Positions 20,320-31,030 of a stretch of 64,000 nt of DNA are shown here, one piece after another; the first letter of the stretch is position 1; every line of letters starts with the position of its first letter. Source of the stretch: Pontimonas sp. (lineage in GTDB: Bacteria > Actinomycetota > Actinomycetes > Actinomycetales > Microbacteriaceae); contig JAOHDU010000001.1 of the NCBI GenBank assembly GCA_028096805.1, positions 50,405 to 114,404 on the forward strand. The letters are read 5' to 3'. The notes under the pieces were generated by a model. It was not told the DNA's origin. It was given only the letters and a program-made list of their open reading frames with translations, and made no database searches. The position numbers and the translations under genes are program-made.

Positions 20320-21300
20320 ATGAAGCTACTCAGTGTTGTGGGAACAGAAGACGACCACCTGATTGTGGTCTCTGAGGATGGCGAGAGGTTTCACATCCCG
20401 CTGAGCCAGTCGCTGACTGATGCCATCCGCAAGCCCGCAGCAAGCTCCCCGTCGCCCCGTCGGGTGAGCCCTCGAGACATTCAAGCGCACATTCGACGCG
20501 GGCTCAGCGCTGCTCAAGTGGCGGACCTGACCGGCGAAGAGGTTGCCTACGTCCAGAAATACGAAGGCCCCGTACTCGCCGAGCGCGCTTTCATTGCAGA
20601 CCAGGCACGTGCCGTGGGGGTCACGTCCAAAGAAGGCGAGCACACAACCTTCGGCGCTTCCGTTCTCGCCAGGCTGGAGGACATTGGGGCAACGGAGGAC
20701 AGCTGGAGCTCATGGCGCGAGGAAACCGGCTGGCAGCTCGAGCTGACCTTCACCGATGGAGAAGTGGAGCACAAAGCACGCTGGTCCTTCGAGCCCAAGA
20801 AGCATGTGATCGAACCGTTGAATGAGGATGCCCGGGTGCTCTCGCGGCATGAACCGATGCCGGCAACACTGATTCCCACTCTCGCCGCTGTCGAGCAGGA
20901 GCGCGAACCTGAGCGTTTCGATTCAGAGATCTTCGAAGAACCCTCGCTCTCCGAGACGGGACCCCTGCTCGAACCGGTTCCTTACGGCAGAACCACCGGA
21001 GACGAAGGCCGGATGGCCGACACCGCAGACCTCCTCGAAGTTCTGCGCAAAAAACGCGGTGAGCGAGATTCCGGGCCAGACCCCGTAGAGGCAACCGACT
21101 CTCACCCCGCCACCGGAAGCATTCGACTTGTAGACAACGAGGACGGCAGTAACGCCTCGGTCACCAGGATCGGAGACCACACGGCTTCCGACGAAGACGA
21201 TGACCCAGAGCCTCCTCCCACCGGGAAGACCAAACGACCGGGAATGCCGAGCTGGGATGACATCGTCTTTGGCGCTCGCGGGGACGACGATCCGGCTTAG
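20320..21300 (+). CDS. sepH: Septation protein SepH (DUF3071)
   Basis: SPRDIQAHIRRG, PVLAERA, C-terminal PSWDDIVFG. Start set at ATG 20320 after a GAGAGG RBS. Confidence 0.85.
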   Translation: MKLLSVVGTEDDHLIVVSEDGERFHIPLSQSLTDAIRKPAASSPSPRRVSPRDIQAHIRRGLSAAQVADLTGEEVAYVQKYEGPVLAERAFIADQARAVGVTSKEGEHTTFGASVLARLEDIGATEDSWSSWREETGWQLELTFTDGEVEHKARWSFEPKKHVIEPLNEDARVLSRHEPMPATLIPTLAAVEQEREPERFDSEIFEEPSLSETGPLLEPVPYGRTTGDEGRMADTADLLEVLRKKRGERDSGPDPVEATDSHPATGSIRLVDNEDGSNASVTRIGDHTASDEDDDPEPPPTGKTKRPGMPSWDDIVFGARGDDDPA

Positions 21301-22424
21301 GCCCAGGCTCCCGCGACAATCACCGGGACTTCACGCTCGCGTGCGGTAACCGACCCGTGTTGGCCGACCATGGCCTGCGACTTAGTCCCAGCTGTTGGCC
21401 CGTGATAGATGGCCAGCGATTTCTCGCACACGATCACCACATCACCGATACGCGGGGCCACTTCTGGGGCGACCTCTCCCAGAGCACCGCTGGAGAGGAT
21501 TTGCTCCCTGGTGAGCACCTGGGCCCTGTCGCCCACACGCTGTTTCCACGCCACCACCAGCTCATCGCGTTTCGCGTCCGCCGAGAGATAGATCTGCGGC
21601 GCGCGAGGCTCCCCCGCCCACGCCACGACACCAGCCAAAAGGGGCGATCCAGCCTCCACCACAATTTTGTCTTCGTCGGCGACATCCACCATCCCGTGAT
21701 CAGCCGTCACGATGAGTCCTGCTTGGGGGCCAAGGACAGAGGCGCATTCGGCGAGCTGTGAATCCAATTCCTCGAGGCGGTGGAGCCACGAATCGGATTC
21801 GCAGCCGCTGCCGTGCCCTGTGCGATCCAGTGCAGGCCAATAGAGATAGGCAAGACCCAAGGGTGTCGAATCAAAAAAGGCCCTCGCGTTCTCGAACTGT
21901 TCCCTCAGGGACCGCGCTGCCCGAAACTCTGCACCCCGCCAGACAGCCTTGGTGAAATCCGAGTCGGCAAAGCGCGCTTCCCCCTGGGACAGGGACGGTA
22001 TCCCCTGGGCTGCAGCACGCTCAAACACCGTCGGGGACCTCTGCCAGCTCCGCAACTCCACCGTGGGTTCCCAGTCCTTCAGATGGTTGATGATCTGTCC
22101 GCTCTCTGGGTCCCGGAGCGAGTACCCCACAATTCCATGCTGCCCCGCTTCCACGCCGGTCGTCAGGGTTGTCAGAGCGGCCGCTGTCGTCGAGGGGAAT
22201 CCCACATCCGCACGCAGTCCATGCGCTTTCCAGGCTTTCGAAAGCCACCGGGCATGGCCAGCGTGGTCGGTGAGGTTTGCCGCCCCCATGCCGTCTACCA
22301 CCAATACCGCAGCGTGTGTGACCGGTGATAATCCCAGGGGATTGGATGCGCCAGCGAGTGCCTGGAGACAACTCGGCATCACATCGGCAAGCCTCAACGA
22401 AGCGTCGATGGGGGCGAGTAACAT
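21297..22424 (-). CDS. Alkaline phosphatase / nucleotide pyrophosphatase superfamily protein
   Basis: VVDGMG, FPSTT, LDRTGH, TADHG, GQHGS. Confidence 0.88.
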   Translation of the reverse strand: MLLAPIDASLRLADVMPSCLQALAGASNPLGLSPVTHAAVLVVDGMGAANLTDHAGHARWLSKAWKAHGLRADVGFPSTTAAALTTLTTGVEAGQHGIVGYSLRDPESGQIINHLKDWEPTVELRSWQRSPTVFERAAAQGIPSLSQGEARFADSDFTKAVWRGAEFRAARSLREQFENARAFFDSTPLGLAYLYWPALDRTGHGSGCESDSWLHRLEELDSQLAECASVLGPQAGLIVTADHGMVDVADEDKIVVEAGSPLLAGVVAWAGEPRAPQIYLSADAKRDELVVAWKQRVGDRAQVLTREQILSSGALGEVAPEVAPRIGDVVIVCEKSLAIYHGPTAGTKSQAMVGQHGSVTAREREVPVIVAGAWA

Positions 22425-22436
22425 AAGCGCAATCCT

Positions 22437-24875
22437 ATGACTGCGCCTACTTCACCCCCCGCTGCCGAATCCACCGAGCGCATCGTTGATGTCGAACTCA
22501 CCGATGAAATGGAGGGATCCTTTCTCGAGTATGCCTATTCGGTGATCTACTCCCGGGCGCTACCCGATGCTAGGGACGGGCTCAAACCTGTCCAACGACG
22601 CATCATCTACCAAATGTCGCAGATGGGTCTTCTTCCCCAAAAGGGCCACGTGAAATCTGCCCGCGTTGTGGGCGATGTGATGGGAAAACTTCACCCCCAC
22701 GGTGACTCGGCTATCTACGACGCCCTCGTGAGGATGTCGCAGTCCTGGTCGATGCGAATTCCGATGGTGGATGGCCATGGAAACTTTGGATCGCTGGATG
22801 ATGGTCCTGCTGCTGCTCGCTATACCGAGGCCCGCCTCCGCCCGGAGGCTCTGGCCATGGTCCAAGACCTCGATGAGGACGTCGTCGACTTTGTCCCAAA
22901 CTACGACAATCAACTAACCCAACCGAGTGTTCTTCCCGCGGCGATTCCCCATCTACTGGTCAACGGAGCAAGCGGTATCGCTGTGGGCATGGCCACCAAC
23001 ATGGCGCCGCACAACCTGGGTGAAGTCATTGCGGCCGCTCGTCACCTCCTCGAGCACCCCGATGCCTCCACCAAGGACTTGCAAAAATTTGTTCCTGGAC
23101 CCGATCTGCCCAGCGGCGGCACGATCATGGGAACCGACGGGATCACGGACGCTTACGAAACAGGCCGAGGCAGTTTCAAAACCCGCGCGAGCGTCAGCAT
23201 CGAAAACATCGGGCCGCGGAAAACCGGTCTGGTGGTCACCGAGCTCCCCTATCTGGTCGGTCCGGAGCGCGTCATCGAGAAGATCAAAGATGCTGTCAAC
23301 AGCAAAAAACTCACCGGCATTAGCGATGTGACCGACCTGACCGATCGCCACCACGGGTTGCGCCTCGTGATTGGAATTAAGGCGGGGTTCGATCCCGCCG
23401 CGGTGTTGTCCGAGCTCTATCGCCTCACCCCGCTTGAGGAGAGCTTCGCCATCAACTCGGTCGCCCTGGTCGAAGGCCAGCCGATGACGTTGGGGCTCAA
23501 AGACCTCCTGCAGGTCTATTTGGATCACCGCATCGCTGTCATCACGCGCCGATCGGACTTTCGTTTGGTGCAGCGCCGCCGCCGCTTGCACTTGGTCGAG
23601 GGCCTTCTGGTGGCCATCACCGATATCGACGAGGTGATCCAAGTCATCCGCGCTTCGGACGACTCTGCTGCTGCCAAAACAACACTGAAAGACGTTTTCG
23701 ACCTCTCCGAGGAGCAAGCGGAGTACATCCTCGAACTTCGCCTCCGCCGGCTCACCAAGTTTTCTCGGCTGGAGTTGGAAACCGAGCGCGACCAGCTCAC
23801 CGCGGAGATCGCGGAGCTAGAGGCCCTACTGGGAAGTACCGAGCTGATCACCCAGACCGTATCCACGGAGCTTGCGGAGATGGCCGACGCTTTCGGGACG
23901 CCCCGGCGCAGCGTGATTTCTGGCGTATCGGCGCCGCCCCCTGTCAAGAGTTCCGCCGTCACCAAGGATTTGTCATTGGTGGATGAGCCCTGCATCGTTG
24001 CCGTTTCTGCCCTGGGCAAAGCCAGCCGGCTCTCGCCTATCGAGGCAGGATCACTTCCGACCAAACGCAGTCCTCACGATGCCCTGCTCGCTTGGCTCCC
24101 GACCACCACCCGGAGCACATTGGGCGCGATCACCGAGACGGGTATTCTTCACACCTTTCACGCGTCTGATCTTCCGGAGCTCGATTCCGCCAAACCTCGG
24201 TGGGGCGAGGGCATCGCGCTAGCCGACTACCTTGGTCTGTCCTCAAGCGATGGTGCTGTCCGGGCTGTCATCGTGCTGGACACCGACGTCCCCGTCATGC
24301 TCGGTACCCAGCGCGGCGTAGTGAAACGGTTTGTGCCCTCAGACCTCAGCGACAAGCCTCACCAGCCTGTGATCGCCCTCAAAGACGGCGATCGCGTCGT
24401 GGGCGCCGCTGTGGCCTCGGACGATGACCACATTGTGTTCGTCACCTCCACCGGCCAGCTTCTGACCTACTCCGCAGCGGATGTGCGCCCGCAGGGTGCC
24501 GGGGCCGGCGGAGTTGCCGGCATCTCCCTGGGCGCTGAGGCAACCGTGATTAGCGCTAACGCGGCACGGCGAGACCTCGCAACCGTGGTCACCATTTCTG
24601 GTTCGAGTGTTCAGCTGCCCGGCACTGAATCAGCAAGGGTCAAACTCACACCCCTGGCCGAATTTCCCACCAAGGGTCGGGGCACCTCCGGTGTTCGAGC
24701 ACACTCTTTCCTGAAAGGCGAAGACCTGCTCCGCAGCGCCTTCGTGGGGCTCCACCCTCGCGCCATGGGCTCGCGCGGCCAAGCAGTGGCTTTGCCAGAA
24801 GAACGATCGAAGCGCGACGGATCCGGAAGCCTGCTGGAGGGCAGCGTTTCGGCCCTGGGAGATCAGCCGGTTTAA
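22437..24875 (+). CDS. parC: Type IIA topoisomerase subunit A (topoisomerase IV-type)
   Basis: [21 protein letters not shown], catalytic AARYTEARL, beta-pinwheel CTD repeats. Confidence 0.88.
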   Translation: MTAPTSPPAAESTERIVDVELTDEMEGSFLEYAYSVIYSRALPDARDGLKPVQRRIIYQMSQMGLLPQKGHVKSARVVGDVMGKLHPHGDSAIYDALVRMSQSWSMRIPMVDGHGNFGSLDDGPAAARYTEARLRPEALAMVQDLDEDVVDFVPNYDNQLTQPSVLPAAIPHLLVNGASGIAVGMATNMAPHNLGEVIAAARHLLEHPDASTKDLQKFVPGPDLPSGGTIMGTDGITDAYETGRGSFKTRASVSIENIGPRKTGLVVTELPYLVGPERVIEKIKDAVNSKKLTGISDVTDLTDRHHGLRLVIGIKAGFDPAAVLSELYRLTPLEESFAINSVALVEGQPMTLGLKDLLQVYLDHRIAVITRRSDFRLVQRRRRLHLVEGLLVAITDIDEVIQVIRASDDSAAAKTTLKDVFDLSEEQAEYILELRLRRLTKFSRLELETERDQLTAEIAELEALLGSTELITQTVSTELAEMADAFGTPRRSVISGVSAPPPVKSSAVTKDLSLVDEPCIVAVSALGKASRLSPIEAGSLPTKRSPHDALLAWLPTTTRSTLGAITETGILHTFHASDLPELDSAKPRWGEGIALADYLGLSSSDGAVRAVIVLDTDVPVMLGTQRGVVKRFVPSDLSDKPHQPVIALKDGDRVVGAAVASDDDHIVFVTSTGQLLTYSAADVRPQGAGAGGVAGISLGAEATVISANAARRDLATVVTISGSSVQLPGTESARVKLTPLAEFPTKGRGTSGVRAHSFLKGEDLLRSAFVGLHPRAMGSRGQAVALPEERSKRDGSGSLLEGSVSALGDQPV

Positions 24876-26950
24876 ACGTCGATGCGCTCGCGGGCGAGGC
24901 CTGGCCCCGAGACGATGAACTCTTTCCGGGGGGCGACTTCATTACCCATCAGAAGCTCGAAGACTCGAGATGCTTCTTCCGCATCGCCCACTCTGACGCG
25001 ACGCAGTGTCCGCCCCTCTCGATTCATGGTTGTCTCCGCCAGTTGATCGGCATCCATCTCGCCGAGCCCTTTGTATCGCTGGATTGGTTCGCGATAGGTC
25101 TTCCCCGACGCTTCGAGGTCCTTGAGAACGGCGGTTAGCTCGTCCTCCGAGTAGGTGTAAATGATGTCCCCCCCGGCTTTACCGCGACCGTTTACAACGA
25201 CGCGGTGGAGCGGAGGCACGGCCGCGTACACGCGCCCTGCTTCGACGAGAGGCTTCATGTAGCGGAAGAACAGGGTGAGCAGAAGTGTGCGGATATGGGC
25301 GCCGTCCACGTCGGCATCGGACATGATGATGATTTTCCCGTAGCGGGCCTGTCCTAACTCGAATGTGCGCCCGGACCCCGCGCCAATCACCTGAATGATG
25401 GCCGCGCACTCCGCGTTGTCCAGCATGTCCTGCAGGGAAGCCTTTTGGGTATTGAGAATTTTCCCGCGGATCGGCAGCAGCGCCTGGTGTTCGCTGTCCC
25501 GGGCCAGCTTCGCCGTGCCCAAGGCAGAGTCGCCCTCCACGATGAAGAGTTCACTCCCCTCGGTTTCTTTGCTACGGCAGTCGACAAGCTTGGTGGGGAG
25601 AGTGGAACTTTCGAGGGCGTTTTTGCGGCGCTGGGTTTCTTTCAGGGTTCGCGCGGAGATCCGGGTCTTCATCTCCGCGACAATTTTTTCCTGCAGGAGA
25701 CTCGAAAAAGCTTTGTCCTCGCGCTTTCCCGACGCAAACTTCGAGGCGAGCCCTTCTGAGACCACTTTTTGAACGATCGACTTGATTCCGGGAGTCCCCA
25801 GAACCTCTTTGGTTTGACCCTCGAATTGGGGCTCGGGAACCCGAACGGCGATAATGGCCGTCAACCCGGCGGTCATGTCATCTTTTTCGACTTTGTCTTT
25901 ACCCACTTTGAGCTTGCGGGCGTTCTTGTCGATTTCGGCGCGCAGTGTCTTCAGCAAACCGGCATCAAAACCCTGCTGGTGTGTTCCGCCTTTAGGGGTT
26001 TGAATGATGTTGACAAAGCTCTTCGACACCGTGTCATAGCCGGTCCCCCACTGGACCACCACGTCCACCTGCACGGACCGAACAACATCCTGGGATAACA
26101 GCTTCCCCGTATCATCCAGCACCGGAACTGTCTCCTCGAACTCCCCTTGGCCGGAAAAATGCCAGGGGCCGACAACCGCAGGGTCCGGGGCCAAGAAGCT
26201 CAAGAAATCCGCGAGGCCGCCAGCGGCAGAAAACGTCGTCTGTTGGGGCTGATCCCCCGTCTGATCATCCAGGTGAATGGAGAGCTCGGGAACCAAAAAC
26301 GCCGTCTGGCGCGCTCGGTCCGTGAGCTCCGTCGAGGCAAAGGATGCGCCCTGGCCAAATATCTGGGGGTCTGGCCAAAACCGCACCCGAGTGCCCGTCA
26401 CGTTTTTGCCGACTTTGCCCACCTCGCGCAACACACTTTTTTCAACAAAGGGGGTGAAGACCGAGGTGGGCGAGGGATCTCCCTGGTCATCGAACAGGCC
26501 AGGCTCACCCCTGTGGAAGGACATCGCCCAGGTCTTTCCACCGCGGTCCACCTCGACGTCTAGTCGCTCCGAAAGCGCGTTGACGACCGAGGCCCCCACA
26601 CCGTGAAGTCCACCGGAGGCCGCGTAGGAACCCGCACCGAACTTGCCACCGGCGTGAAGCTTGGTGAAGACCAACTCCACCCCGGTAAGCCCGGTGCGCG
26701 GCTCGATATCGATCGGAACACCGCGGCCCTGGTCGCTGACCGAGACACTGTTGTCGGGGTGGAGAACGACTGAGATATCTGAGCCATGACCCGCCACGGC
26801 CTCGTCCACGCAGTTGTCGATGACCTCCCATAAGCAGTGCATAAGTCCCCGGGAGTCCGTCGAGCCGATGTACATGCCAGGGCGCTTTCGAACGGCTTCA
26901 AGCCCCTCCAGAACCGTGAGGTGTCTGGCGGAATAGTCGTTAGTTGCCAA
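24872..26950 (-). CDS. parE: Type IIA topoisomerase subunit B (topoisomerase IV-type)
   Basis: [48 protein letters not shown] start at 26950 with GGAGAAAGGA RBS. Confidence 0.9.
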   Translation of the reverse strand: MATNDYSARHLTVLEGLEAVRKRPGMYIGSTDSRGLMHCLWEVIDNCVDEAVAGHGSDISVVLHPDNSVSVSDQGRGVPIDIEPRTGLTGVELVFTKLHAGGKFGAGSYAASGGLHGVGASVVNALSERLDVEVDRGGKTWAMSFHRGEPGLFDDQGDPSPTSVFTPFVEKSVLREVGKVGKNVTGTRVRFWPDPQIFGQGASFASTELTDRARQTAFLVPELSIHLDDQTGDQPQQTTFSAAGGLADFLSFLAPDPAVVGPWHFSGQGEFEETVPVLDDTGKLLSQDVVRSVQVDVVVQWGTGYDTVSKSFVNIIQTPKGGTHQQGFDAGLLKTLRAEIDKNARKLKVGKDKVEKDDMTAGLTAIIAVRVPEPQFEGQTKEVLGTPGIKSIVQKVVSEGLASKFASGKREDKAFSSLLQEKIVAEMKTRISARTLKETQRRKNALESSTLPTKLVDCRSKETEGSELFIVEGDSALGTAKLARDSEHQALLPIRGKILNTQKASLQDMLDNAECAAIIQVIGAGSGRTFELGQARYGKIIIMSDADVDGAHIRTLLLTLFFRYMKPLVEAGRVYAAVPPLHRVVVNGRGKAGGDIIYTYSEDELTAVLKDLEASGKTYREPIQRYKGLGEMDADQLAETTMNREGRTLRRVRVGDAEEASRVFELLMGNEVAPRKEFIVSGPGLARERIDV

Positions 26951-27130
26951 GAAAAGTCCTTTTCTCCAGTAATCCCAGAGATGAGCATAGAAGGCGCCCT
27001 CGACACGGTCGCGTCCCCTCGCCGCGATTGGTGATACGCGGTCGGCGAAACTGGGAGCGTCACGGGCATAAACACGGGCGGAGCGTGGTGGAATAGGACC
27101 ACTGAACCACTCGAGCCTCAAGGAGACACG

Positions 27131-27361
27131 ATGTCGTACGCAGCACCGGAAACCACCGAAGCCCCCATCCAACTGGAGAGCCTGGGCTTCGCCGACGTCT
27201 GCGATAGCTGTGGCGCTCAGGCTTACGTCCGAGTCACCCTCACATCCGGTGAGCTCTTGTTCTGCGGTCACCACGCCGCCAAGCACCGCGAAAGCCTCGA
27301 CTCGAGTGCCCTCGACTGGCACGACGAGACCGATCGTCTCCGCACCGAGAACAGCCACTAA
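27131..27361 (+). CDS. Small conserved actinobacterial Cys/His (Zn-finger-like) protein, DUF7455-like
   Basis: CDSCGAQAYVR...LLFCGHH. AAGGAG RBS. Confidence 0.8.
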   Translation: MSYAAPETTEAPIQLESLGFADVCDSCGAQAYVRVTLTSGELLFCGHHAAKHRESLDSSALDWHDETDRLRTENSH

Positions 27362-27373
27362 CTCGCTGCCGCA

Positions 27374-27991
27374 ATGCGCCAGGCGCGAGTAGACACGCAG
27401 GCGCTGGCCCGCTCCCTGAGCGCAGCGGCCACCGGGCACACCGCGGTTGATTTACGCTTCGACGCCTTCGGATTGGGCGTTACCCGGGTCTCTGAGCTTG
27501 CCCACGATGCTGGGTTCACGGGTGCTCTGACTTCGCCCAACGCTCGCGAGGGCTGTGTGCTGCCGGAGACCGCGGAGGAGCTCGTTGCCAAGAATTGGTG
27601 GTCGGGCGAAGACCCCAGTGTGTTTTTTCAGGCTGACGTCATCTCCGTGAAGCGCGTGCCCGCAGGGTCGCCAGTGTCGTATGGCTACGAATACCGCACC
27701 GCCGGCGAAGCGACGCTGGCACTGGTCGCGGCGGGATTCTCCGACGGTGTTCCCCGCACGGCCTCTCCGGGAGCCGAGATTTCCCTCGGCGGCAAACGAT
27801 TTCCCGTGGCGGGCAGAATTGCGATGGACCAGATGATTGTCGATGTGGGAGATCACCCTGTCACGCTCGGCGAGGTCGCCACTATCTGGGGAGACTCCCC
27901 CAGTCTGAGCGAGTGGGCTGACTGGTCACGCCGACCTGAAGCTGCCCTACTCGCCCACCTCGCTTCACGAGTGGAGCGGCAATGGGTATAG
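27374..27991 (+). CDS. Alanine racemase C-terminal-domain protein (keeps catalytic Tyr, lacks PLP-Lys and most of the barrel)
   Basis: KRVPAGSPVSYGYEY, GFSDGVPR, GRIAMDQ. N-terminal remnant DLRFDAFGLG in place of VKADAYGHG. Confidence 0.85.
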   Translation: MRQARVDTQALARSLSAAATGHTAVDLRFDAFGLGVTRVSELAHDAGFTGALTSPNAREGCVLPETAEELVAKNWWSGEDPSVFFQADVISVKRVPAGSPVSYGYEYRTAGEATLALVAAGFSDGVPRTASPGAEISLGGKRFPVAGRIAMDQMIVDVGDHPVTLGEVATIWGDSPSLSEWADWSRRPEAALLAHLASRVERQWV

Positions 27992-29049
27992 CTCCGACAT
28001 GCTGGGTCTCGCTCTCCCTTCCCGCGTTTGCCGGCAATATCGCACACGCCAAGAGCACCCTCGCCGGAAAAGCCCGCTTGATGGTGGCGGTCAAGTCCGA
28101 TGCTTACGGGCACGGCGAAAAGGAAATCGCCGAGACTGCCCTGCGGGCCGGTGCCGATTCGCTTGCCGTTCTCGACATTGACAGTGGGGTTCGGTTACGC
28201 CCCCACGCGGGTGACGCGATGCTGCTGGCCTGGCTCCTATCCCCTTCGGATGATTTCGCCGCCGCCGCCCGCTCACGAGTGGACCTCGGTATCTCCGGTC
28301 TGTGGCAGCTGAAGAAACTGGCGCGCGAAGTTCCCGAGGGCTGCGTGTCGGTGCACCTCAAGATTGACACGGGTCTGCACCGAAACGGCGCTCTCCCCGG
28401 AGACTGGGAAGCACTATGCACAGAGGCTCTGCGCCTGGAGCGAGCCGGCATTCTCCGGGTCACGGCGCTGTGGTCGCACCTGTCCGACACCTCCCTCAAG
28501 GAAAACGAACTCTCGCTAGCGCGTTTTCACGAAGCGGTGGACCAGGCCCGCACCATCGGACTCACCCCCGAACTGCTCCACATCGCAGCCTCCGCCGCGG
28601 CAACAGACTTGCCCGAATCTCGCCTTGATTTGGTGCGGGTGGGTATTAGCGCCTACGGGGTCAGCCCCTTTGATGATCGATCGGCGCACGACATGGGCTT
28701 TGCGCCGATTATGAGCGCGCACGCTGTGGTGACCAGTGTTGATGCAGAGCGATCGGAGGCCCACATCGGGATTGGATACGCCCACGGCCTGCTCCCCCTG
28801 CCACCAGAAACCGGCTGGGTCGTGCACGGCACCCAGCGCCTGGAGCTCCGATCAGTCGAGGCTGATCACTGCGTGCTCGCCCTCCCCAGCAACTACCCAC
28901 TGGACCTCGGCGATCACGTAACGCTCTGGGGTGAACCTGACACCGGAAGCCCTAGCGCCGAACAGTGGGCGTCGTGGTCGGGGACAATTGGTGACGAAGT
29001 GGTCTCCGCGATGGCCCACAGTATCGAACACCGCTTTATCCGGCAGTAA
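27982..29049 (+). CDS. Alanine racemase-family PLP enzyme with degenerate C-terminal domain
   Basis: VAVKSDAYGHG, HLKIDTGLHRNG, WSHL, HIAASAA, VRVGISAYG. The VSYG loop and GRxxMD motif are missing. Confidence 0.88.
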   Translation: MGIAPTCWVSLSLPAFAGNIAHAKSTLAGKARLMVAVKSDAYGHGEKEIAETALRAGADSLAVLDIDSGVRLRPHAGDAMLLAWLLSPSDDFAAAARSRVDLGISGLWQLKKLAREVPEGCVSVHLKIDTGLHRNGALPGDWEALCTEALRLERAGILRVTALWSHLSDTSLKENELSLARFHEAVDQARTIGLTPELLHIAASAAATDLPESRLDLVRVGISAYGVSPFDDRSAHDMGFAPIMSAHAVVTSVDAERSEAHIGIGYAHGLLPLPPETGWVVHGTQRLELRSVEADHCVLALPSNYPLDLGDHVTLWGEPDTGSPSAEQWASWSGTIGDEVVSAMAHSIEHRFIRQ

Positions 29050-29761
29050 CGCCCAGCCGAGCCTTAATAAGCTCTCTCGCCCGATCTGCGTGGTGCGCGA
29101 CGCGGTCATGAAAATCATCTCGCTGAAACTCCCCGCCGGCCTCCTCCACGACAGACTGCGCAATGTCCTGCGCCCAGTGGGGGTTGAGCGCTAGCGCCGG
29201 CCCACCAAACCGGGTGGCAAGCAGCCGGTCCCCCACAACACCGTCAGAAGGAGGGTAGGACTCGGGAGAACTGACCGTAACGAGTGGCTGCTCCCCCGCC
29301 TCAAGCACGACGTGCCCTACCTGGTTGACATATCCGGCACTCGGGCGACCGTGGTGATCGAGACCGTAAACCTCGCCCGAGAAACGCTCACCGCGGTGAT
29401 CGGCACGCGAGGCAAAAATTCCGGCCCCCGGCAGGGTGTCCCCCTGCGAGGTCACCACCGATTGGCCGAGCAAATCCCACCCGGTCCCTACCGCACACAC
29501 CCAGGCTCCAGCATCCCGCCACTTCCCGATCACGCGCGCCAAGGGAATGAGGGCCGTCGCCGCGGGTCCCACACTCGAACCGGAGCCTGTGCCGACACAC
29601 AGCACGTCAACGTTGGATGGTGCCATTTCCGGTGTGGAGACCGCCGTAACGCTTGCGTCGTGGCCGGCGTGACGGAGATACTCCGCGAGGATCTCCGCGT
29701 TGGCGGAGGAACCATTCAGGCCGAGGATGTCGGGAATGAGGCTCGCAATTACGATGCTCAC
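29036..29761 (-). CDS. gatD: GatD-like (CobQ-type) glutamine amidotransferase homologue, catalytic residues substituted
   Basis: LGLNGSSANAEIL and GPALALNP. GTGA overlap with the murT stop. Nucleophile Cys and His positions are Gly. Confidence 0.75.
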   Translation of the reverse strand: MSIVIASLIPDILGLNGSSANAEILAEYLRHAGHDASVTAVSTPEMAPSNVDVLCVGTGSGSSVGPAATALIPLARVIGKWRDAGAWVCAVGTGWDLLGQSVVTSQGDTLPGAGIFASRADHRGERFSGEVYGLDHHGRPSAGYVNQVGHVVLEAGEQPLVTVSSPESYPPSDGVVGDRLLATRFGGPALALNPHWAQDIAQSVVEEAGGEFQRDDFHDRVAHHADRARELIKARLGVTAG

Positions 29762-31026
29762 GATGCCCCCTCCAGCTCTTTGTACCCGGCAATTCGACGA
29801 ATGAGCATCATTTGTTCGTAATTGACGATGGCATGAAGCATGCCGGAGGATCCCTCTGCGGTCCGCACGAAAGCGTCCATAGCCGCTCGGGTCTCTTCGA
29901 CAACCTCGCCGTAGTCGATTCCCCGATACTCGAGCAGGAGAGCCCACTGCGCTGCTTTGGACCCGCTGATGATCGAGACCGAACCAATCGCCCGGGTATC
30001 GACGTCAAAAATCCAGGAGGGGTCCGGGGTGCCGTCATCCACAGCAATCCAGACGCGCTCAAGCGGCGTAACAAACGCATCAAGGTTGGCCTGCAAGCTC
30101 GGCAAGTTCTTCATCATGGTCAGGGAAATATCACGCCCTTGGTAGTGAATAACTTCCCCGCGGCCATAAACAGGAGCCGAATGTGCGAGAGCATTGGCTG
30201 CTCGTGGGAGAGAAAACCCTGGCGCCACGTGGCGCGCCATCGCCACCGCGAGCGCAGCATCTACCGCGTAATGCAGTCCGGAGTGGGGCATCGCCACAGT
30301 CGCTGTCGCGTCCCCCACGGCAAGGTCCACCTGCGATCCTGCCACCGCCACAACACTGGCTGATGGGTCGCCCGGGAGCTCCCCGACATCGTCAAAAAAG
30401 AGCGATGCCGCCACGAGCCCGTGCACCGCTGATGCGGTGGCCTCAGCGCTGACGTTCATGTGTTCCACCCGCACGCTGCGTGCAGCAAGGGTGGCTCCGA
30501 GCGCCGCAGTATTGGGGTCGCTCCCGTTGACGAGAATGCCGGTCGTGGCATACCCGGCCAGCTTCTCGAGCATCGCAAACACTGCCTCAGGCTCCCCAAA
30601 CCGGTTGAGTTGATCGACCTGGATGTTGGTGAAGACGACCCAGCCGGGGGTAATGCGCTGTGCAATCTGAGGTCCATACGCTTCGTCGACTTCCAGCACC
30701 GCAATATCCGCCGCGAGAACGCCCCGGAGCGACAGCCCTCCCACAAGAGCCGAGGCAAGGCCTTGGGGCAAGTTGCCGCCGGCGGGATTCGAAAACACTC
30801 GCAGTCCGTGGGCTCGAAGGATCCCCACCAGCATCGCCGTGGTGGTCGACTTGCCGTTCGACCCGGTGACAAAAATTACCCCGCTCGGCAGTGACTCGAG
30901 ACTGCGGCGCAAGACATCGGGAATGAGGCGCAAGAGCACCAGCCCAGGAAAGGCCGAACCTCCACCACGCAGACGAGCCGCAAAACGGACAAGTTTTGCC
31001 AGAGCGACTGCGAGAAAAAGCCTCAC
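29758..31026 (-). CDS. murT: MurT-like Mur ligase (DUF1727 C-terminal domain)
   Basis: GGGSAFPG, VTGSNGKSTTT, NPAGGNL, LEVDE, DQLNRFGE, DPSWIFD. Confidence 0.88.
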   Translation of the reverse strand: MRLFLAVALAKLVRFAARLRGGGSAFPGLVLLRLIPDVLRRSLESLPSGVIFVTGSNGKSTTTAMLVGILRAHGLRVFSNPAGGNLPQGLASALVGGLSLRGVLAADIAVLEVDEAYGPQIAQRITPGWVVFTNIQVDQLNRFGEPEAVFAMLEKLAGYATTGILVNGSDPNTAALGATLAARSVRVEHMNVSAEATASAVHGLVAASLFFDDVGELPGDPSASVVAVAGSQVDLAVGDATATVAMPHSGLHYAVDAALAVAMARHVAPGFSLPRAANALAHSAPVYGRGEVIHYQGRDISLTMMKNLPSLQANLDAFVTPLERVWIAVDDGTPDPSWIFDVDTRAIGSVSIISGSKAAQWALLLEYRGIDYGEVVEETRAAMDAFVRTAEGSSGMLHAIVNYEQMMLIRRIAGYKELEGAS

Positions 31027-31030
31027 CGGC

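Noticed and set aside
26951-27439. N-terminal extension of topoisomerase subunit B
   Set aside because: Overlaps real + strand genes. Homology and a good RBS begin at TTG 26950.
27374-29049. Racemase pair as one frameshifted pseudogene
   Set aside because: The order is C-domain gene first, and each ORF has both N- and C-terminal remnants, which indicates duplication and divergence rather than a frameshift.
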